Source: Deltaproteobacteria bacterium (GTDB taxonomy: Bacteria > Desulfobacterota > DSM-4660 > Desulfatiglandales > HGW-15). Taken from it: a stretch of 64,000 bases of DNA. The stretch spans positions 80-64,079 of the forward strand of contig JAFDHO010000003.1 of the NCBI GenBank assembly GCA_019308745.1, read 5' to 3'. The notes below the pieces were generated by a model that made no database searches, was not told the DNA's origin, and saw only the letters and a list, made by a program, of their open reading frames with translations. Below are positions 10,284-20,468 of this stretch, piece after piece. The position numbers and the translations under genes were made by a program. Each line of letters starts with the position of its first letter. Position 1 is the first letter of the stretch.

Positions 10284-11063
10284 TTACGGGCTATTCAACA
10301 CTTGAAGTATGGTGTCATGAACCAGGCCGTTGGAGGCAACTATGCTTTTTTCGTAAGGGGTGTATGGGGTAGCATCGAAGGTGGTCAATTTCCCCCGTGC
10401 CTCCCTGACCATGACGATGCCGGCAGCCGTGTCCCAGGGCTTTAGACCTTCTTCCCAAAAACCATCAAATATTCCGCAAGCGACATAACACAGGTCAATG
10501 GCAGCCGAGCCGGGCCTTCGGACCGAATGGGACCGGACAAGCATCTTTTTGAAGAGCTCAACAGGTCGCTCCGGGTTGTTTTGAACATCATAGGAAAAGC
10601 CGGTCGCGAGAAAAGACGAATCCAGGGCTCCCACCTTGGAGACCCTTATTCTTTTCATGTTTCGAAAGGCCCCGCTGTCCTTCAGGGCCTCGAAATATTC
10701 ATCCAGAGAGGGATTGAAGATCACGCCGAGCACGGGGTCTCCCCCAATCTCGAGCGCGATAGAAACCCCGAAAAAGGGAAATCCCCGGGCAAAGTTGGTG
10801 GTGCCATCTAAAGGGTCAACGAGCCAGACCCTCTCCCGGCCCGGGTTGTGTTCTCCGCTCTCCTCGGTTATGATCCCGTCTCCCGGGAAATGTCGGCCTA
10901 TAACATCCAGGATGACCCTTTCCGACGCGAGGTCGGCCTCTGTAAGGATCTCCGTTTCTCCTTTTCTCGTGATGCTCGGCTTATCCAGGAACATGCGCTT
11001 TTGGATTTCCCCGGCGGCGAGTGCGGCTTTCCTGGCTATGGAGAGTTCATGATTCAGATTCAT
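10284..11063 (-). CDS. suhB: Inositol monophosphatase family protein
   Basis: TEADLASE, WLVDPLDGTTNF, GSAAIDLCYVACG and WDTAAG motifs. Confidence 0.9.
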   Translation of the reverse strand: MNLNHELSIARKAALAAGEIQKRMFLDKPSITRKGETEILTEADLASERVILDVIGRHFPGDGIITEESGEHNPGRERVWLVDPLDGTTNFARGFPFFGVSIALEIGGDPVLGVIFNPSLDEYFEALKDSGAFRNMKRIRVSKVGALDSSFLATGFSYDVQNNPERPVELFKKMLVRSHSVRRPGSAAIDLCYVACGIFDGFWEEGLKPWDTAAGIVMVREARGKLTTFDATPYTPYEKSIVASNGLVHDTILQVLNSP

Positions 11064-11174
11064 TGACCTTCAGCCTTTCTGCACAGACTTCCGTTGGCAC
11101 CGGTCAAATTAGCATCTTGAAAATGTCTTGACAAGCCATTGTTAGGGTAGTAGGAATAATAAATTTGTATACTC

Positions 11175-11251
11175 AATCTCTTCGTTCCGTCCGGGCGATC
11201 GAGCCACGGGTGAGGGCGGGACCATAAATAAATCAAGGCCGAGAGGAGATT
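11175..11251 (+). promoter_or_regulatory. Putative S6:S18 autoregulatory leader of rpsF
   Basis: AATCTCTTC (11175-83) can pair with GAGGAGATT (11243-51), which contains the SD. CCG at 11239-41 lies just 5' of it, as in the known rpsF leader motif. Confidence 0.55.
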
Positions 11252-11256
11252 TTCCA

Positions 11257-11691
11257 ATGAGACACTACGAGACCATCTTTATTCTGAATCCGACCCTCGG
11301 GGAAGACGAATATAAGGAGACCCTGGGGAAGTATTCCACCATAATCGAAAAATCAAAGGGCTCTCTCATCAAGACCGAGGAGTGGGGAAAGCAAGACCTC
11401 GCCTATACGGTCAAGAAATTTGAAAAGGGATTCTATGTCCTCTTTGACTACTGCGGCACCCCCGGAATAACCGACAGAATGGAAAGAGATATGAAGATCG
11501 ACGACAGGGTGCTGAAGTTCCAAACGGTCAAGCTCGCAGACCAGGCAGATCCCGAGAAACTGAGACAGGAGGCGGAATCGGCTTCGAGCGGAAAAGAGGA
11601 GCCCGAAGAAGGGCCGGGTGCCCCCGAGGAAACGGAAACGGGAGCGGAGAAAGACACGACCGGCACTGAAGAGGTAGGCGATGGCGTATAA
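11257..11691 (+). CDS. rpsF: 30S ribosomal protein S6
   Basis: [16 protein letters not shown]...LAY.VKK..KGFY; acidic tail. Confidence 0.97.
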   Translation: MRHYETIFILNPTLGEDEYKETLGKYSTIIEKSKGSLIKTEEWGKQDLAYTVKKFEKGFYVLFDYCGTPGITDRMERDMKIDDRVLKFQTVKLADQADPEKLRQEAESASSGKEEPEEGPGAPEETETGAEKDTTGTEEVGDGV

Positions 11692-11932
11692 TAGAAACAG
11701 GCGAAGAGTTAGCTATCACAGAAGAAAGATATGCAAGTTTTGCGCTGACAGCAGCTTGGCAATAGATTACAAGGACCCAAGGACCTTAAGGACCTTTACT
11801 ACGGAAAGGGGTAAGATTGTCCCCAGGAGGATTTCCGGCAATTGTGCCAAGCACCAGAGGATGCTCACGACGGCAATAAAGAGGGCCAGAAACATTGCCC
11901 TCCTGCCCTTCACGACGTCGATCTTGAGGTAG
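11681..11932 (+). CDS. rpsR: 30S ribosomal protein S18 (Zn-binding form)
   Basis: [29 protein letters not shown] and AIKRAR.IALLP motifs. Confidence 0.98.
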   Translation: MAYNRNRRRVSYHRRKICKFCADSSLAIDYKDPRTLRTFTTERGKIVPRRISGNCAKHQRMLTTAIKRARNIALLPFTTSILR

Positions 11933-12011
11933 GGGACAACCAGGGCTTTTTGCCGAACCCCTAAGTTGCATGGTTTTGGAAACCATTCACGGTTCGCCTG
12001 TCCTGAAATCC

Positions 12012-12950
12012 ATGAAAATAAATGACTTACTTGGCTGTACGGGAGCGGCTTTTGTCCTCCTCTTTGTCTCTTCCTGGGTCCCCTTTGTTGGTCCGTTTTT
12101 TAGCCTGCTGGCACCCTTGCCGTTTCTTTTCTATTCCTCAAAACTGGGCCCCTATGAAGGAATCAAGGTAGGAGTCATTGCCGTTCTTTTGACAAGCCTC
12201 GTTGCCGCGCTGGCGGGGGTTTCTCAGCTCATATTCCTGGCTATTGAATTGGGTCTCCTGGGCATTGTCGTCTCCGAGTGCTATCGGAGGGGATATTCCT
12301 TTGGGTCCACCCTATTGGCTGGGACGACGTTCTTGCTTATATTCGGCGTCCTCATCCTCTTCTCTCTGGGCCTGGCAAAGAACATGGGACCCTTTGAGTT
12401 GGTGAAGAGCTACTTCCAGGTAAACCTCAAGGAGTCCATGACGACCTATGAGAATCTGGGATGGGATGAGGCAAAAATAAAACAGTTTGAGGAGTATGCC
12501 AAGATCCTGGTGAACATCATGGCAAGGATCTATCCCTCATTAATGATTATTGGAGCAGGTTTTGTGGTGTGGCTCAACATGATCCTGAGCAGACACCTAT
12601 TCAGGCTAAGAAACCTTAAATACCCTGATTTTGCTCCCATGGACAGGTGGCGCGCGCCAGAGCACCTGGTGTGGGGGGTGATAGGGGCCGGTTTTTCTTT
12701 ATTTTTGCCCGTAAGTAGTGTAAAGTCCGTGGGCATCAATGTGCTGCTGGTCCTGCTGGTGGTCTATGTATTTCAAGGTTTATCCATCATTTTGTTTTTC
12801 CTAAATAAATACCGTGTCCCGTCCTGGATAAGGGTAGGGATTTACCTGCTGATCCTTTTGCAGCAGATCTTTCTCATTGGGCTGGCCATGGTGGGGCTTT
12901 TTGACCAATGGATCGATTTCAGAAAGATACACAGTAAGAGAAGGAATTAA
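12012..12950 (+). CDS. YybS/DUF2232 family membrane protein
   Basis: Multi-pass hydrophobic ORF with FQGLSI and GLFDQWIDFR motifs, in its usual position between rpsR and rplI. Confidence 0.85.
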   Translation: MKINDLLGCTGAAFVLLFVSSWVPFVGPFFSLLAPLPFLFYSSKLGPYEGIKVGVIAVLLTSLVAALAGVSQLIFLAIELGLLGIVVSECYRRGYSFGSTLLAGTTFLLIFGVLILFSLGLAKNMGPFELVKSYFQVNLKESMTTYENLGWDEAKIKQFEEYAKILVNIMARIYPSLMIIGAGFVVWLNMILSRHLFRLRNLKYPDFAPMDRWRAPEHLVWGVIGAGFSLFLPVSSVKSVGINVLLVLLVVYVFQGLSIILFFLNKYRVPSWIRVGIYLLILLQQIFLIGLAMVGLFDQWIDFRKIHSKRRN

Positions 12951-12974
12951 TCGGAAACAGGAGGCGGTTCTTTC

Positions 12975-13421
12975 ATGAGAGTTATTCTGAGGCAGGATAT
13001 GAGTGAATTGGGCTTGGAAGGGGATATCGTCAACGTGGCGGACGGCTATGCACGAAACTACCTCATCCCCAAGGGGATTGCCCTGGAAGCCAATAGGCAG
13101 AATATCAAATTCTTTGAGACCCAGAAGAAGAAGATCGAGATCAAGAGGCTGAGGGCCACGGAAGAAGCAGAGAAGATCAAGGAAAGGCTGGCCGATGTGG
13201 TCGTTACGATTGCCCAAAAGGCCGGGGAAGAAGAGAGATTGTACGGGTCGGTGACGAGCATGGATATCGCCGGCCATTTGGAAAAGCAGGGCATAACGAT
13301 CGATAGGAAGAAGATCGTCCTCGAAAAACCCATCAAGGCCCTCGGGGAATACGAGGTGCCAATAAAGATCTATCCAGGGGTGGTGGGATCGATTAAGGTA
13401 GAGGTCGTCCAGGAGAAATAG
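12975..13421 (+). CDS. rplI: 50S ribosomal protein L9
   Basis: MRVIL, LG.EGDIVNVADGYARNYLIPKG, LYGSVT and PIKALG motifs. Confidence 0.98.
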   Translation: MRVILRQDMSELGLEGDIVNVADGYARNYLIPKGIALEANRQNIKFFETQKKKIEIKRLRATEEAEKIKERLADVVVTIAQKAGEEERLYGSVTSMDIAGHLEKQGITIDRKKIVLEKPIKALGEYEVPIKIYPGVVGSIKVEVVQEK

Positions 13422-13464
13422 ATCAGCAGGGGGAAAGGCGGAAGACCTTACAGGCAAATAGAGC

Positions 13465-14826
13465 ATGGCTCAAGCAAAGGAAAAGATAATCACTCCGTCC
13501 CTCAAGGTACCACCCAACAACAACGAGGCAGAACAGGCAGTTCTGGCCAGTATTCTGATCAACAACGATGCTATGAACCATGTCATGGACATCCTCTCCC
13601 CCGACGACTTCTATCGGGAACCCCATATCTACCTCTTCCAGGGGATGGTTGACCTTTACAACAACAACGAGCCAATTGATCTCATAACCCTCTCCCAGTA
13701 TCTTTCCAAGAAAAAACTACTGGAAAAATCGGGAGGGAATGACTACCTAGCGTCCCTGGTTGATGCCGTGTCCACATCTGCCGGCGTGGTCTACCATGCC
13801 CGTATTGTCCGTGACCTATCCGTGAGGAGAAAGCTCATCCATCAGTGTTCGGCCATATCGGATGCCTGTTTCCAGGACTGGCATGAGACGGAATCTTTGC
13901 TGGATATGGCCGAGCAGTCCATTTTCGGCATTGCGGAAGAGAAGGTGGGGGAAGGGTTTTCCACCCTCAATGATGTGGTGAAGGAGAGTTTCAAAAGGCT
14001 TGAAAGTGTTGCCGAACACGAAGGTTTTGTCACCGGAGTCCCGACCGATTTCCATGATTTTGACCAACTGACTGCCGGCCTTCAGCCAACAGACCTGATT
14101 ATCATTGCCGGAAGGCCGAGCATGGGAAAGACGGCCCTTGCCCTGAACATCGGCTACAATGCCGCTGCCAAGACCAAGAAAGGGGTGGCCATTTTCTCCC
14201 TGGAAATGTCCAAACTCCACCTGGGGATGAGGCTGTTGGGTTTTCACGCAGGGATCAATGCCACCAAGCTCAGGACGGGCTTCCTGAAAGACACGGACTG
14301 GATGAAACTGACCGAGTCGGCTAATTCCCTCTCTGAGCTGCCCGTTTACATTGATGATGACTCTGGACTGAGTGTCCTGGAAATGAAGGCAAAGTGCAGG
14401 AGGCTCATGAAGAAGCAGGACTTATGCCTTGTTGTTATCGACTATCTCCAATTGATCCAGGGGAGACAGTCCGCTGAGTCAAGGCAGCTCGAGATCTCGG
14501 AGATATCAAGGTCTTTGAAGGCCCTTGCCAAGGATCTGAATGTCCCCGTTCTCGCCCTTTCCCAGCTCAACAGGAAGGTAGAGGATCGTCCCAACAAGCG
14601 CCCTCAGCTCTCTGACCTCAGGGAGAGCGGGGCCATAGAGCAAGACGCCGACGTTATCGCCTTTATCTACAGGGACGAGGTCTATCACCCCAGCACGGAA
14701 GAGAACAGGAACGTGGCAGAGATCATCTTGGCGAAACAGCGCAACGGGCCCACCGGTTACTTCAAGCTGTATTTTGACAAGGAGTACACCCGTTTTCGCA
14801 ATTACACCGAAGAGGAATATCCGTAA
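13465..14826 (+). CDS. dnaB: Replicative DNA helicase DnaB
   Basis: EAEQAVL, AGRPSMGKT (Walker A), FSLEMS, IDYLQL, LSQLNR, SDLRESGAIEQDAD and AKQRNGPTG motifs; no intein. Confidence 0.99.
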   Translation: MAQAKEKIITPSLKVPPNNNEAEQAVLASILINNDAMNHVMDILSPDDFYREPHIYLFQGMVDLYNNNEPIDLITLSQYLSKKKLLEKSGGNDYLASLVDAVSTSAGVVYHARIVRDLSVRRKLIHQCSAISDACFQDWHETESLLDMAEQSIFGIAEEKVGEGFSTLNDVVKESFKRLESVAEHEGFVTGVPTDFHDFDQLTAGLQPTDLIIIAGRPSMGKTALALNIGYNAAAKTKKGVAIFSLEMSKLHLGMRLLGFHAGINATKLRTGFLKDTDWMKLTESANSLSELPVYIDDDSGLSVLEMKAKCRRLMKKQDLCLVVIDYLQLIQGRQSAESRQLEISEISRSLKALAKDLNVPVLALSQLNRKVEDRPNKRPQLSDLRESGAIEQDADVIAFIYRDEVYHPSTEENRNVAEIILAKQRNGPTGYFKLYFDKEYTRFRNYTEEEYP

Positions 14827-14844
14827 ACCACAGGAGTCTCGACT

Positions 14845-16548
14845 ATAGAAAAGGTATACGGCAAGACAAGCGGGCTCAAGGCAAGTCAGCTGAAGCGCCT
14901 CCAGAACATGTACCGACGAAAGGCGTCTCCCCACGAGATCATTTCCCATGACCTAGCACGCCAACTATCTAACATTTCAATGGAAATCAAGAGGCAGGTC
15001 GGCCTCCTGGTGACGAGAAAGGGGGATATGGCCCAGGTCATTGTGGGGGACAACAGGCGTATCTGGATACCCGATCTGAGCAGGTACAGGAAGGGGCCCG
15101 GTCGCTTGAAGGGAGTGAGAATGATCCATACCCACCTGAATGGAGAGGCCCTCAGTGAAGAAGACATCACGGACCTGGTCCTGTTGGGCCTCGACCTCAT
15201 GGTCTGCATCCAGGTGGATGAAAGGGGTATCCCGGGCCCCATCTCCTATGCGCATATTCTTCCCAAGAACCACAGGGGACAGGGCTGGAGCATTACGAAG
15301 GTGCCTGATATCGGCCGGCTGGCCGTGGATTTCCAGGAGATGATAAGGTCCCTTGAGGACGAACTGGCCAAATCCAACGGGTCGAGTTTGGTGGAGGGAG
15401 TCCCTGCAGACAGGGCCGTTTTGGTAAGCGTGACCACTGGATCTCCATGGAAGGCAAGGGAATCTCTTGAGGAATTGAGGGAATTGGCCCTGTCAAATGA
15501 GCTTGAAGTGGTTGACGTGGTCTTTCAGCGCATCAAGAAGGCCGCCCCGGGATTCCTGATCGGGAGGGGAAAGCTCAGCGAATTGGCCCTCAGATGCCTT
15601 CAGGCAGGATCCAATTTGCTGATATTTGACAATGAACTGACACCTGCTCAAGTCAAGGCCCTGACAGATCACACGGATCTCAAGATCATAGACCGGAGCC
15701 AACTCATCCTTGACATATTTGCCAGGAGGGCCGTGACCCGGGAGGGAAAGATCCAGGTGGAGCTTGCCCAGCTCAAGTATCTCCTGCCAAGACTTGCCAC
15801 CAAGAACACGGCCATGTCCAGGCTCACAGGTGGGATCGGCGGAAGAGGTCCCGGAGAAACGAAGCTTGAGATAAACAGGAGGCGCGTGAGGGAGCGAATC
15901 GCACGTCTCAACAAGGAATTGAAGAAGATCAAGGAGCAGAGAGAAGACCGGCGCAAGTTGAGGAACTCCAGGGGCCTGCCCGTCATATCTATCGTGGGTT
16001 ACGCAAATGCCGGCAAATCAACGCTCCTCAACAACTTGACGCTCAGCAATGTCGGGGTCCGGGACCGTTTCTTCGAAACCCTGGATCCGAGCAGTCGAAG
16101 GTTGCGGTTTCCTCGGGAGCGGGAAGCGATCATCACCGATACGGTCGGTTTTATCAGAGACCTTCCAAAGGACCTGTTCGAAGCCTTTGCAGCAACACTG
16201 GAGGAACTCAGGGACGCAGACCTCTTGCTCCACGTGGTAGATGCGAGTAGCCCGCGTATGGAGGAGCAGATAGGGGCCGTTGACCTAATTTTGGAAAAGC
16301 TAAATCTTCTCCAGGTCCCGACCCTCTTGGTCCTCAACAAATGCGATCTCATCGGGAGGCGGAAAGCCACTCGTTACGCCCAGAGGCTGAGCGGAGTCGC
16401 CATCTCAGCCATCCATCAGGAGACCTTTTCCCCGCTGCTCCACAGGATAGAGCAGGGCATATGGCCCGGCTCTACCAGCCCCGGGACCTCCAGAGGGTTC
16501 CATTTCTGGCAATCACGAGGCCCTCGCACTGCCCGATCGAGTCAATAA
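14845..16548 (+). CDS. hflX: Ribosome-splitting GTPase HflX (long form), probable ATA start
   Basis: LILDIFARRA, GPGETKLE, GYANAGKS, TLDP, DTVGF and NKCD motifs. The in-frame extension IEKVYGKTSGLKASQLKRLQN begins at ATA 14845, 8 nt after AGGAG. Confidence 0.93.
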   Translation: MEKVYGKTSGLKASQLKRLQNMYRRKASPHEIISHDLARQLSNISMEIKRQVGLLVTRKGDMAQVIVGDNRRIWIPDLSRYRKGPGRLKGVRMIHTHLNGEALSEEDITDLVLLGLDLMVCIQVDERGIPGPISYAHILPKNHRGQGWSITKVPDIGRLAVDFQEMIRSLEDELAKSNGSSLVEGVPADRAVLVSVTTGSPWKARESLEELRELALSNELEVVDVVFQRIKKAAPGFLIGRGKLSELALRCLQAGSNLLIFDNELTPAQVKALTDHTDLKIIDRSQLILDIFARRAVTREGKIQVELAQLKYLLPRLATKNTAMSRLTGGIGGRGPGETKLEINRRRVRERIARLNKELKKIKEQREDRRKLRNSRGLPVISIVGYANAGKSTLLNNLTLSNVGVRDRFFETLDPSSRRLRFPREREAIITDTVGFIRDLPKDLFEAFAATLEELRDADLLLHVVDASSPRMEEQIGAVDLILEKLNLLQVPTLLVLNKCDLIGRRKATRYAQRLSGVAISAIHQETFSPLLHRIEQGIWPGSTSPGTSRGFHFWQSRGPRTARSSQ

Positions 16549-17518
16549 AGGCCGTTCCTTCTTTGGGATGCATGACAAAGACCCCCGTTGCCAGGGCATC
16601 GGCTTCCATGGCAGAGCGGGCCCTCACCGAAACGCTCGTGTTCAATTCAGGGGAAAGGCCTGTGCGTGGATCCACGATGTGATGGAACATCTTCTCCCTG
16701 TCAAAGTAGATCTCATAGTTGCCGGAGGTGGCAACCCCCCCAGTCCTCACGTGTATGACATCAGGGTAGTTCTTGTTCTTCGAGGGATCTTCTATGGCTA
16801 TTGTCCAGGGCTTGTTTTCGCTCTTGGAACCTCTGGTCATGATATCACCGCCGGCATTGACTAGGTGATTTTGGACGCCCTTCTTGGCTAGCAGCCCGGA
16901 GGCCCTGTCCACGATGTAACCCTTGGCGATTCCGTCGAGGGTTATGCCCATGCCGGGTCTCCTGAACCGTATGCCGCGCCTTTCAAGCTCGATTTTGTCA
17001 CTCCCGACGAGTTGGGCCGCTTCCCTCAGTTTTCTCCGCGGGGGCATTGCCTTGCCTTTCGCGCCGACGGATTCTTGAAAGAGATCCACGATGGGTTTGA
17101 CGGTGACGTCGAAGGCCCCGCCGCTCAAGCGGTAGTAATCCAAGGAACGCTCAAGTACGTGATGCAGTTCGGGGGGGACATCCCGGAGGTATCCCTCCCT
17201 GTTGAGCATGGCAAGGGCTGTTTGGTCACCAAAACGACTCAGCAGTCCGCTCAACCTGTCTATTTCCTCGAATGCCTGCCCCATGGCCTGCTGGGCTTCA
17301 TCCCTGGAAGGGTGTATCAGCGTCATGGATACGAAGGTCCCCATGGCGAGCCTGGTTTCTGAGACCTTGTAAAGCCTTCTGTTGAATTTGACGGCCTCTG
17401 CAGCCACGGGTGCAAGCCCGGCAGAGAAGAGTCCGATTCCAAGCACGCCGGAGAACCTCAAGAATGCCCTTCTGTCCATCATCCTATCCGGGCACGATGA
17501 TTTCGTCCTCTCTTTCAT
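16472..17518 (-). CDS. apbE: FAD:protein FMN transferase with Tat signal
   Basis: DRRAFLR twin-arginine signal; AMGT, GAFDVTV, LDGIAKGY.VD, NAGGD, ATSGNYE, HHIVDPRTG and ADALAT motifs. Confidence 0.93.
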   Translation of the reverse strand: MKERTKSSCPDRMMDRRAFLRFSGVLGIGLFSAGLAPVAAEAVKFNRRLYKVSETRLAMGTFVSMTLIHPSRDEAQQAMGQAFEEIDRLSGLLSRFGDQTALAMLNREGYLRDVPPELHHVLERSLDYYRLSGGAFDVTVKPIVDLFQESVGAKGKAMPPRRKLREAAQLVGSDKIELERRGIRFRRPGMGITLDGIAKGYIVDRASGLLAKKGVQNHLVNAGGDIMTRGSKSENKPWTIAIEDPSKNKNYPDVIHVRTGGVATSGNYEIYFDREKMFHHIVDPRTGLSPELNTSVSVRARSAMEADALATGVFVMHPKEGTAFIDSIGQCEGLVIARNGTLWRSRGW

Positions 17519-17849
17519 GACAATCCTCCGATTGACAAAAATGAGACCTTTTCACGGTTGCCGGGAAATGTGGAGACCTTTGAAGATCTTTCCCGCAAAT
17601 TGCCGGTACCTCCTGGCGCTCGGTGAATCCGGCAGGAACTCCTGCCGTTTTCATTATGCTTTGGACCGGGGCAAGCGCGTTGCCGTCACCAAAATGGGTT
17701 GTCCAAAGGTCTCATATGAAACGCGCTGCGCTTCAAACCCAACACTCGTGGAAAGGGGTTTCCTCTCAAAATGGTTCCCGGACACCGGTTCGTTTTCTAT
17801 CACGTGAAGGGGAAGATGGCAATAGATTTGTTGGTCCCTTTGGATCGAC

Positions 17850-18869
17850 CTATTTGTTTCCCAGGAAAGGCGTCTCTCCTAGGGGCCTGCCGGAGAGCAG
17901 GTTGAGGAGCACGAAAGAGACCAGGCCAAAAAAGATAGTGGGGAAAAAGACCACGGCGTGCCACAATATGGCGGCAGAGAGGGCTTCTTCCCTGCCCACC
18001 CCGAAGAATATGAAACCGTACTGGACAGAAAGGTGAAAGGTGCCCACATAACCCGGTGCCGAAGGGATCATGACCCCAAAGCTCGCCATGCTCATGATGA
18101 GGAAGGCCGCGAGGAAGGGAAGATCGAGCCCCAAGGCCTTTTCCACGAGATCCACCTGGTAAAGGTTCAGGAACCAGACGAAGAGGGAGTAAAAGATGAG
18201 CAAGGCCCATTTCTCAGGGTTTTTCACCATGACAATCCCCAGGCTGAAATTCCTGATTATCTCAACGATCCTTCTTCGGGGTCTGCCGGGGAGGAAGAAC
18301 AGTATCTTTTCGAAAAGCGTCAGGAAGAACTCCGTCTTGTAACGCAGGCACAGGAGGAGCAGGAGGAAGATGAGATAGGATGGAAGCAATATAAAGCCCG
18401 TTATCCGCAATTTGTTTGAGACGGATTGCCATTCGGCCGTGAATTCCGTACCAAGAAGGCCTATCACGAGTATGAGGAGCAGGGTGAAGCCATCGAAGAG
18501 CCTTTCTATCACGATGGTACCAAAGGCCGAGCTGGCGCTGATCTTTTCCCTCTGCCCCAGGTAATTGGCCCTGATGAACTCCCCCATCCTTGCTGGGAAG
18601 ATGCAGTTGGCCCCAAAGCCAATAAGCGTCGTGGCAAGTCTGTTGCAAAAGCCCGTCGCTTTGATGGGCTCCAGCAGGATGGCCCATCTCCAGGTCCGAA
18701 CCACAAACTGGAAAAAGGCCAGGAGAATGATGAGGACAATATAGAAAGGATCTGCCGACCTGGTGAGATCCCAGACCCTCGCCAGGTCCACATCCCTGAG
18801 GGCGAGGTACACGAACAAGGCGCTCAGGAAGAGCCCGATCCAAACCTTCAGGTTTACAGACTTGGTCAA
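17850..18869 (-). CDS. Lysylphosphatidylglycerol synthase TM-domain / UPF0104 flippase-like membrane protein
   Basis: RTWRW, N..FPARMGEF.RA, IERLFD and IPSAPGYVGTF motifs. Confidence 0.85.
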   Translation of the reverse strand: MTKSVNLKVWIGLFLSALFVYLALRDVDLARVWDLTRSADPFYIVLIILLAFFQFVVRTWRWAILLEPIKATGFCNRLATTLIGFGANCIFPARMGEFIRANYLGQREKISASSAFGTIVIERLFDGFTLLLILVIGLLGTEFTAEWQSVSNKLRITGFILLPSYLIFLLLLLCLRYKTEFFLTLFEKILFFLPGRPRRRIVEIIRNFSLGIVMVKNPEKWALLIFYSLFVWFLNLYQVDLVEKALGLDLPFLAAFLIMSMASFGVMIPSAPGYVGTFHLSVQYGFIFFGVGREEALSAAILWHAVVFFPTIFFGLVSFVLLNLLSGRPLGETPFLGNK

Positions 18870-19843
18870 CCTATTCTCGCCCCCTCAACGGATCCCGATA
18901 TGGCAGGTGCCTGACGACCCTTCAGCACCTCTCTGGCGTCCTCGACGTCGCGGGCAATCTGCTGGGCCAGGTCTTCCACGCTCTCGAAGGGCATTTCGTC
19001 CCTCAGGCGATGGATGAAGTTGATCCTGATGGTCTTTCCCAAGAGGTCGCCTGAGAAACCCAGCAGGTGGGTTTCCACGCTCAACGGGTTGTCTCCCCCA
19101 AAGGTGGGGTTGTAACCGATATTCGTTACCCCGTCGTAGGTTCCCTCTTCCAAAAGCACGGTTACGGCATAGACCCCCTTCTTTGGTATCAATTCATCGA
19201 TGAGCCTCAAATTGGCGGTAGGAAACCCCAGGAGCCTCCCCCCTCTGCCGGCCCCCTTGATAACCGTTCCGGAGACCTGGTAGTGTCTCCCGAGGAAGAC
19301 CTCGGCTTCTGCAATCCTCCCCTCCTGAACGAGCTTTCTTATGGATGTGCTGGATACGAGTTTGTTATCGACGTAGACGGGAGCCACAACATGGACGGTA
19401 AACCCCAATTTGTCTCCCAGTTCTCGGAGCAGGGCGATATCTCCCTTACGATCGTACCCGAAGGTGTAGTCGTATCCTACGACGATCTCCTTGATGCCCA
19501 TTTTACCCACGAGGATTTTCTCCACAAAGTCCGGGGCAGAGATGGAGGCAAATTCCCGGGTAAAGGGGGTGCACAGGATCACGTCGATCCCCGCCTCCCC
19601 TATGAGTTCCAATTTCTGTTGAGTCGGGGTGATCAGGGGGGGGCCGTTCCCCGGTTTCATGACCCGTACCGGGTGGGGCTCAAAGGTCATGACGATCGAT
19701 TGGCCTTTCAAGGCCTGTGCCCTTTCCCGGGTCTTGCGAAAGAGTTCCAGGTGTCCCTTGTGGACCCCGTCGAAGTTACCAATGGTAAGAACAGGATTCT
19801 CTAAGGGGTGTCTCAGTTCATCGAGTCCTCTGATGATTTCCAT
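18866..19843 (-). CDS. ribF: Bifunctional riboflavin kinase/FAD synthetase
   Basis: TIGNFDGVHKGH, TFEPHP, VSSTSIR, GFPTANL and NIGYNPTF motifs. Start set at ATG 19843. Confidence 0.97.
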   Translation of the reverse strand: MEIIRGLDELRHPLENPVLTIGNFDGVHKGHLELFRKTRERAQALKGQSIVMTFEPHPVRVMKPGNGPPLITPTQQKLELIGEAGIDVILCTPFTREFASISAPDFVEKILVGKMGIKEIVVGYDYTFGYDRKGDIALLRELGDKLGFTVHVVAPVYVDNKLVSSTSIRKLVQEGRIAEAEVFLGRHYQVSGTVIKGAGRGGRLLGFPTANLRLIDELIPKKGVYAVTVLLEEGTYDGVTNIGYNPTFGGDNPLSVETHLLGFSGDLLGKTIRINFIHRLRDEMPFESVEDLAQQIARDVEDAREVLKGRQAPAISGSVEGARIG

Positions 19844-19988
19844 GTGTCTCGCGTGCTCTCCAAGAAAAATCGGCCCAATATGGATGAGGGACATGCTCAG
19901 CAAACAGGATCAGGCCGTCATTTTAGGGATTGACATGAACTGCCTGATAATATAAATATTTAACAAAAAATATCAACTCTATTTCCGT

Positions 19989-20075
19989 GCCGAAGTGGCG
20001 GAATTGGTAGACGCGCTAGGTTCAGGGTCTAGTGGGCGTAGGCCTGTAGGGGTTCGAGTCCCCTCTTCGGCACCA
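19989..20075 (+). tRNA. tRNA-Leu (anticodon CAG)
   Basis: Acceptor stem GCCGAAG/CTTCGGC plus ACCA; D loop with GG; anticodon arm CTAGG-TTCAGGG-TCTAG; long variable arm; GGTTCGAGTCC T arm. TTGACA at 19930 upstream. Confidence 0.98.
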
Positions 20076-20083
20076 TGAAACTC

Positions 20084-20120
20084 AAAGGGGTCAGCGAAGA
20101 AAGAATCGTTGACCCCTTTT
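20084..20120 (+). terminator. Intrinsic terminator after tRNA-Leu
   Basis: AAAGGGGTCAGCGA ... TCGTTGACCCCTTTT inverted repeat. Confidence 0.75.
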
Positions 20121-20131
20121 CTATCGTCCAA

Positions 20132-20218
20132 AGTAAAGACCACCAGGTGCCTGGACTCGTTCATCCACTGGGCAAGGGTCTGAATCCTCTGGTCCAGATC
20201 TTTCCCCATCATGATCAT
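20132..20218 (-). pseudogene. 5' stub of a Sir2-family NAD-dependent deacylase
   Basis: GGAGG, then [27 protein letters not shown]. The similarity breaks exactly where GAGIS is expected and the frame runs into the tRNA terminator. Confidence 0.5.
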
Positions 20219-20468
20219 GCCTCCACAATGTATCTGGAAGATCATAAAAGACTTCCTGAGCACCTCTCGCCCACACGCTAACACACCACGAACATTTTGT
20301 TTATGAATCTCTTTTTGGAGATGCTCCTGTCTTTAAGCGGTCCAGGAGGGCCCTGGCTCTTCCCAAGGGAACGCTTGGTAAAACAAAAGGCTTCCAGGTC
20401 AAATGGGTCGTCCCTGGCCCCTTCACAATCTTCTCGGGGGAGGGCCTAGAAAGGCTTGGGGAATTGGC

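Noticed and set aside
17520-17850. FMN riboswitch near apbE/ribF
   Set aside because: No RFN core sequences were seen; only small generic hairpins.
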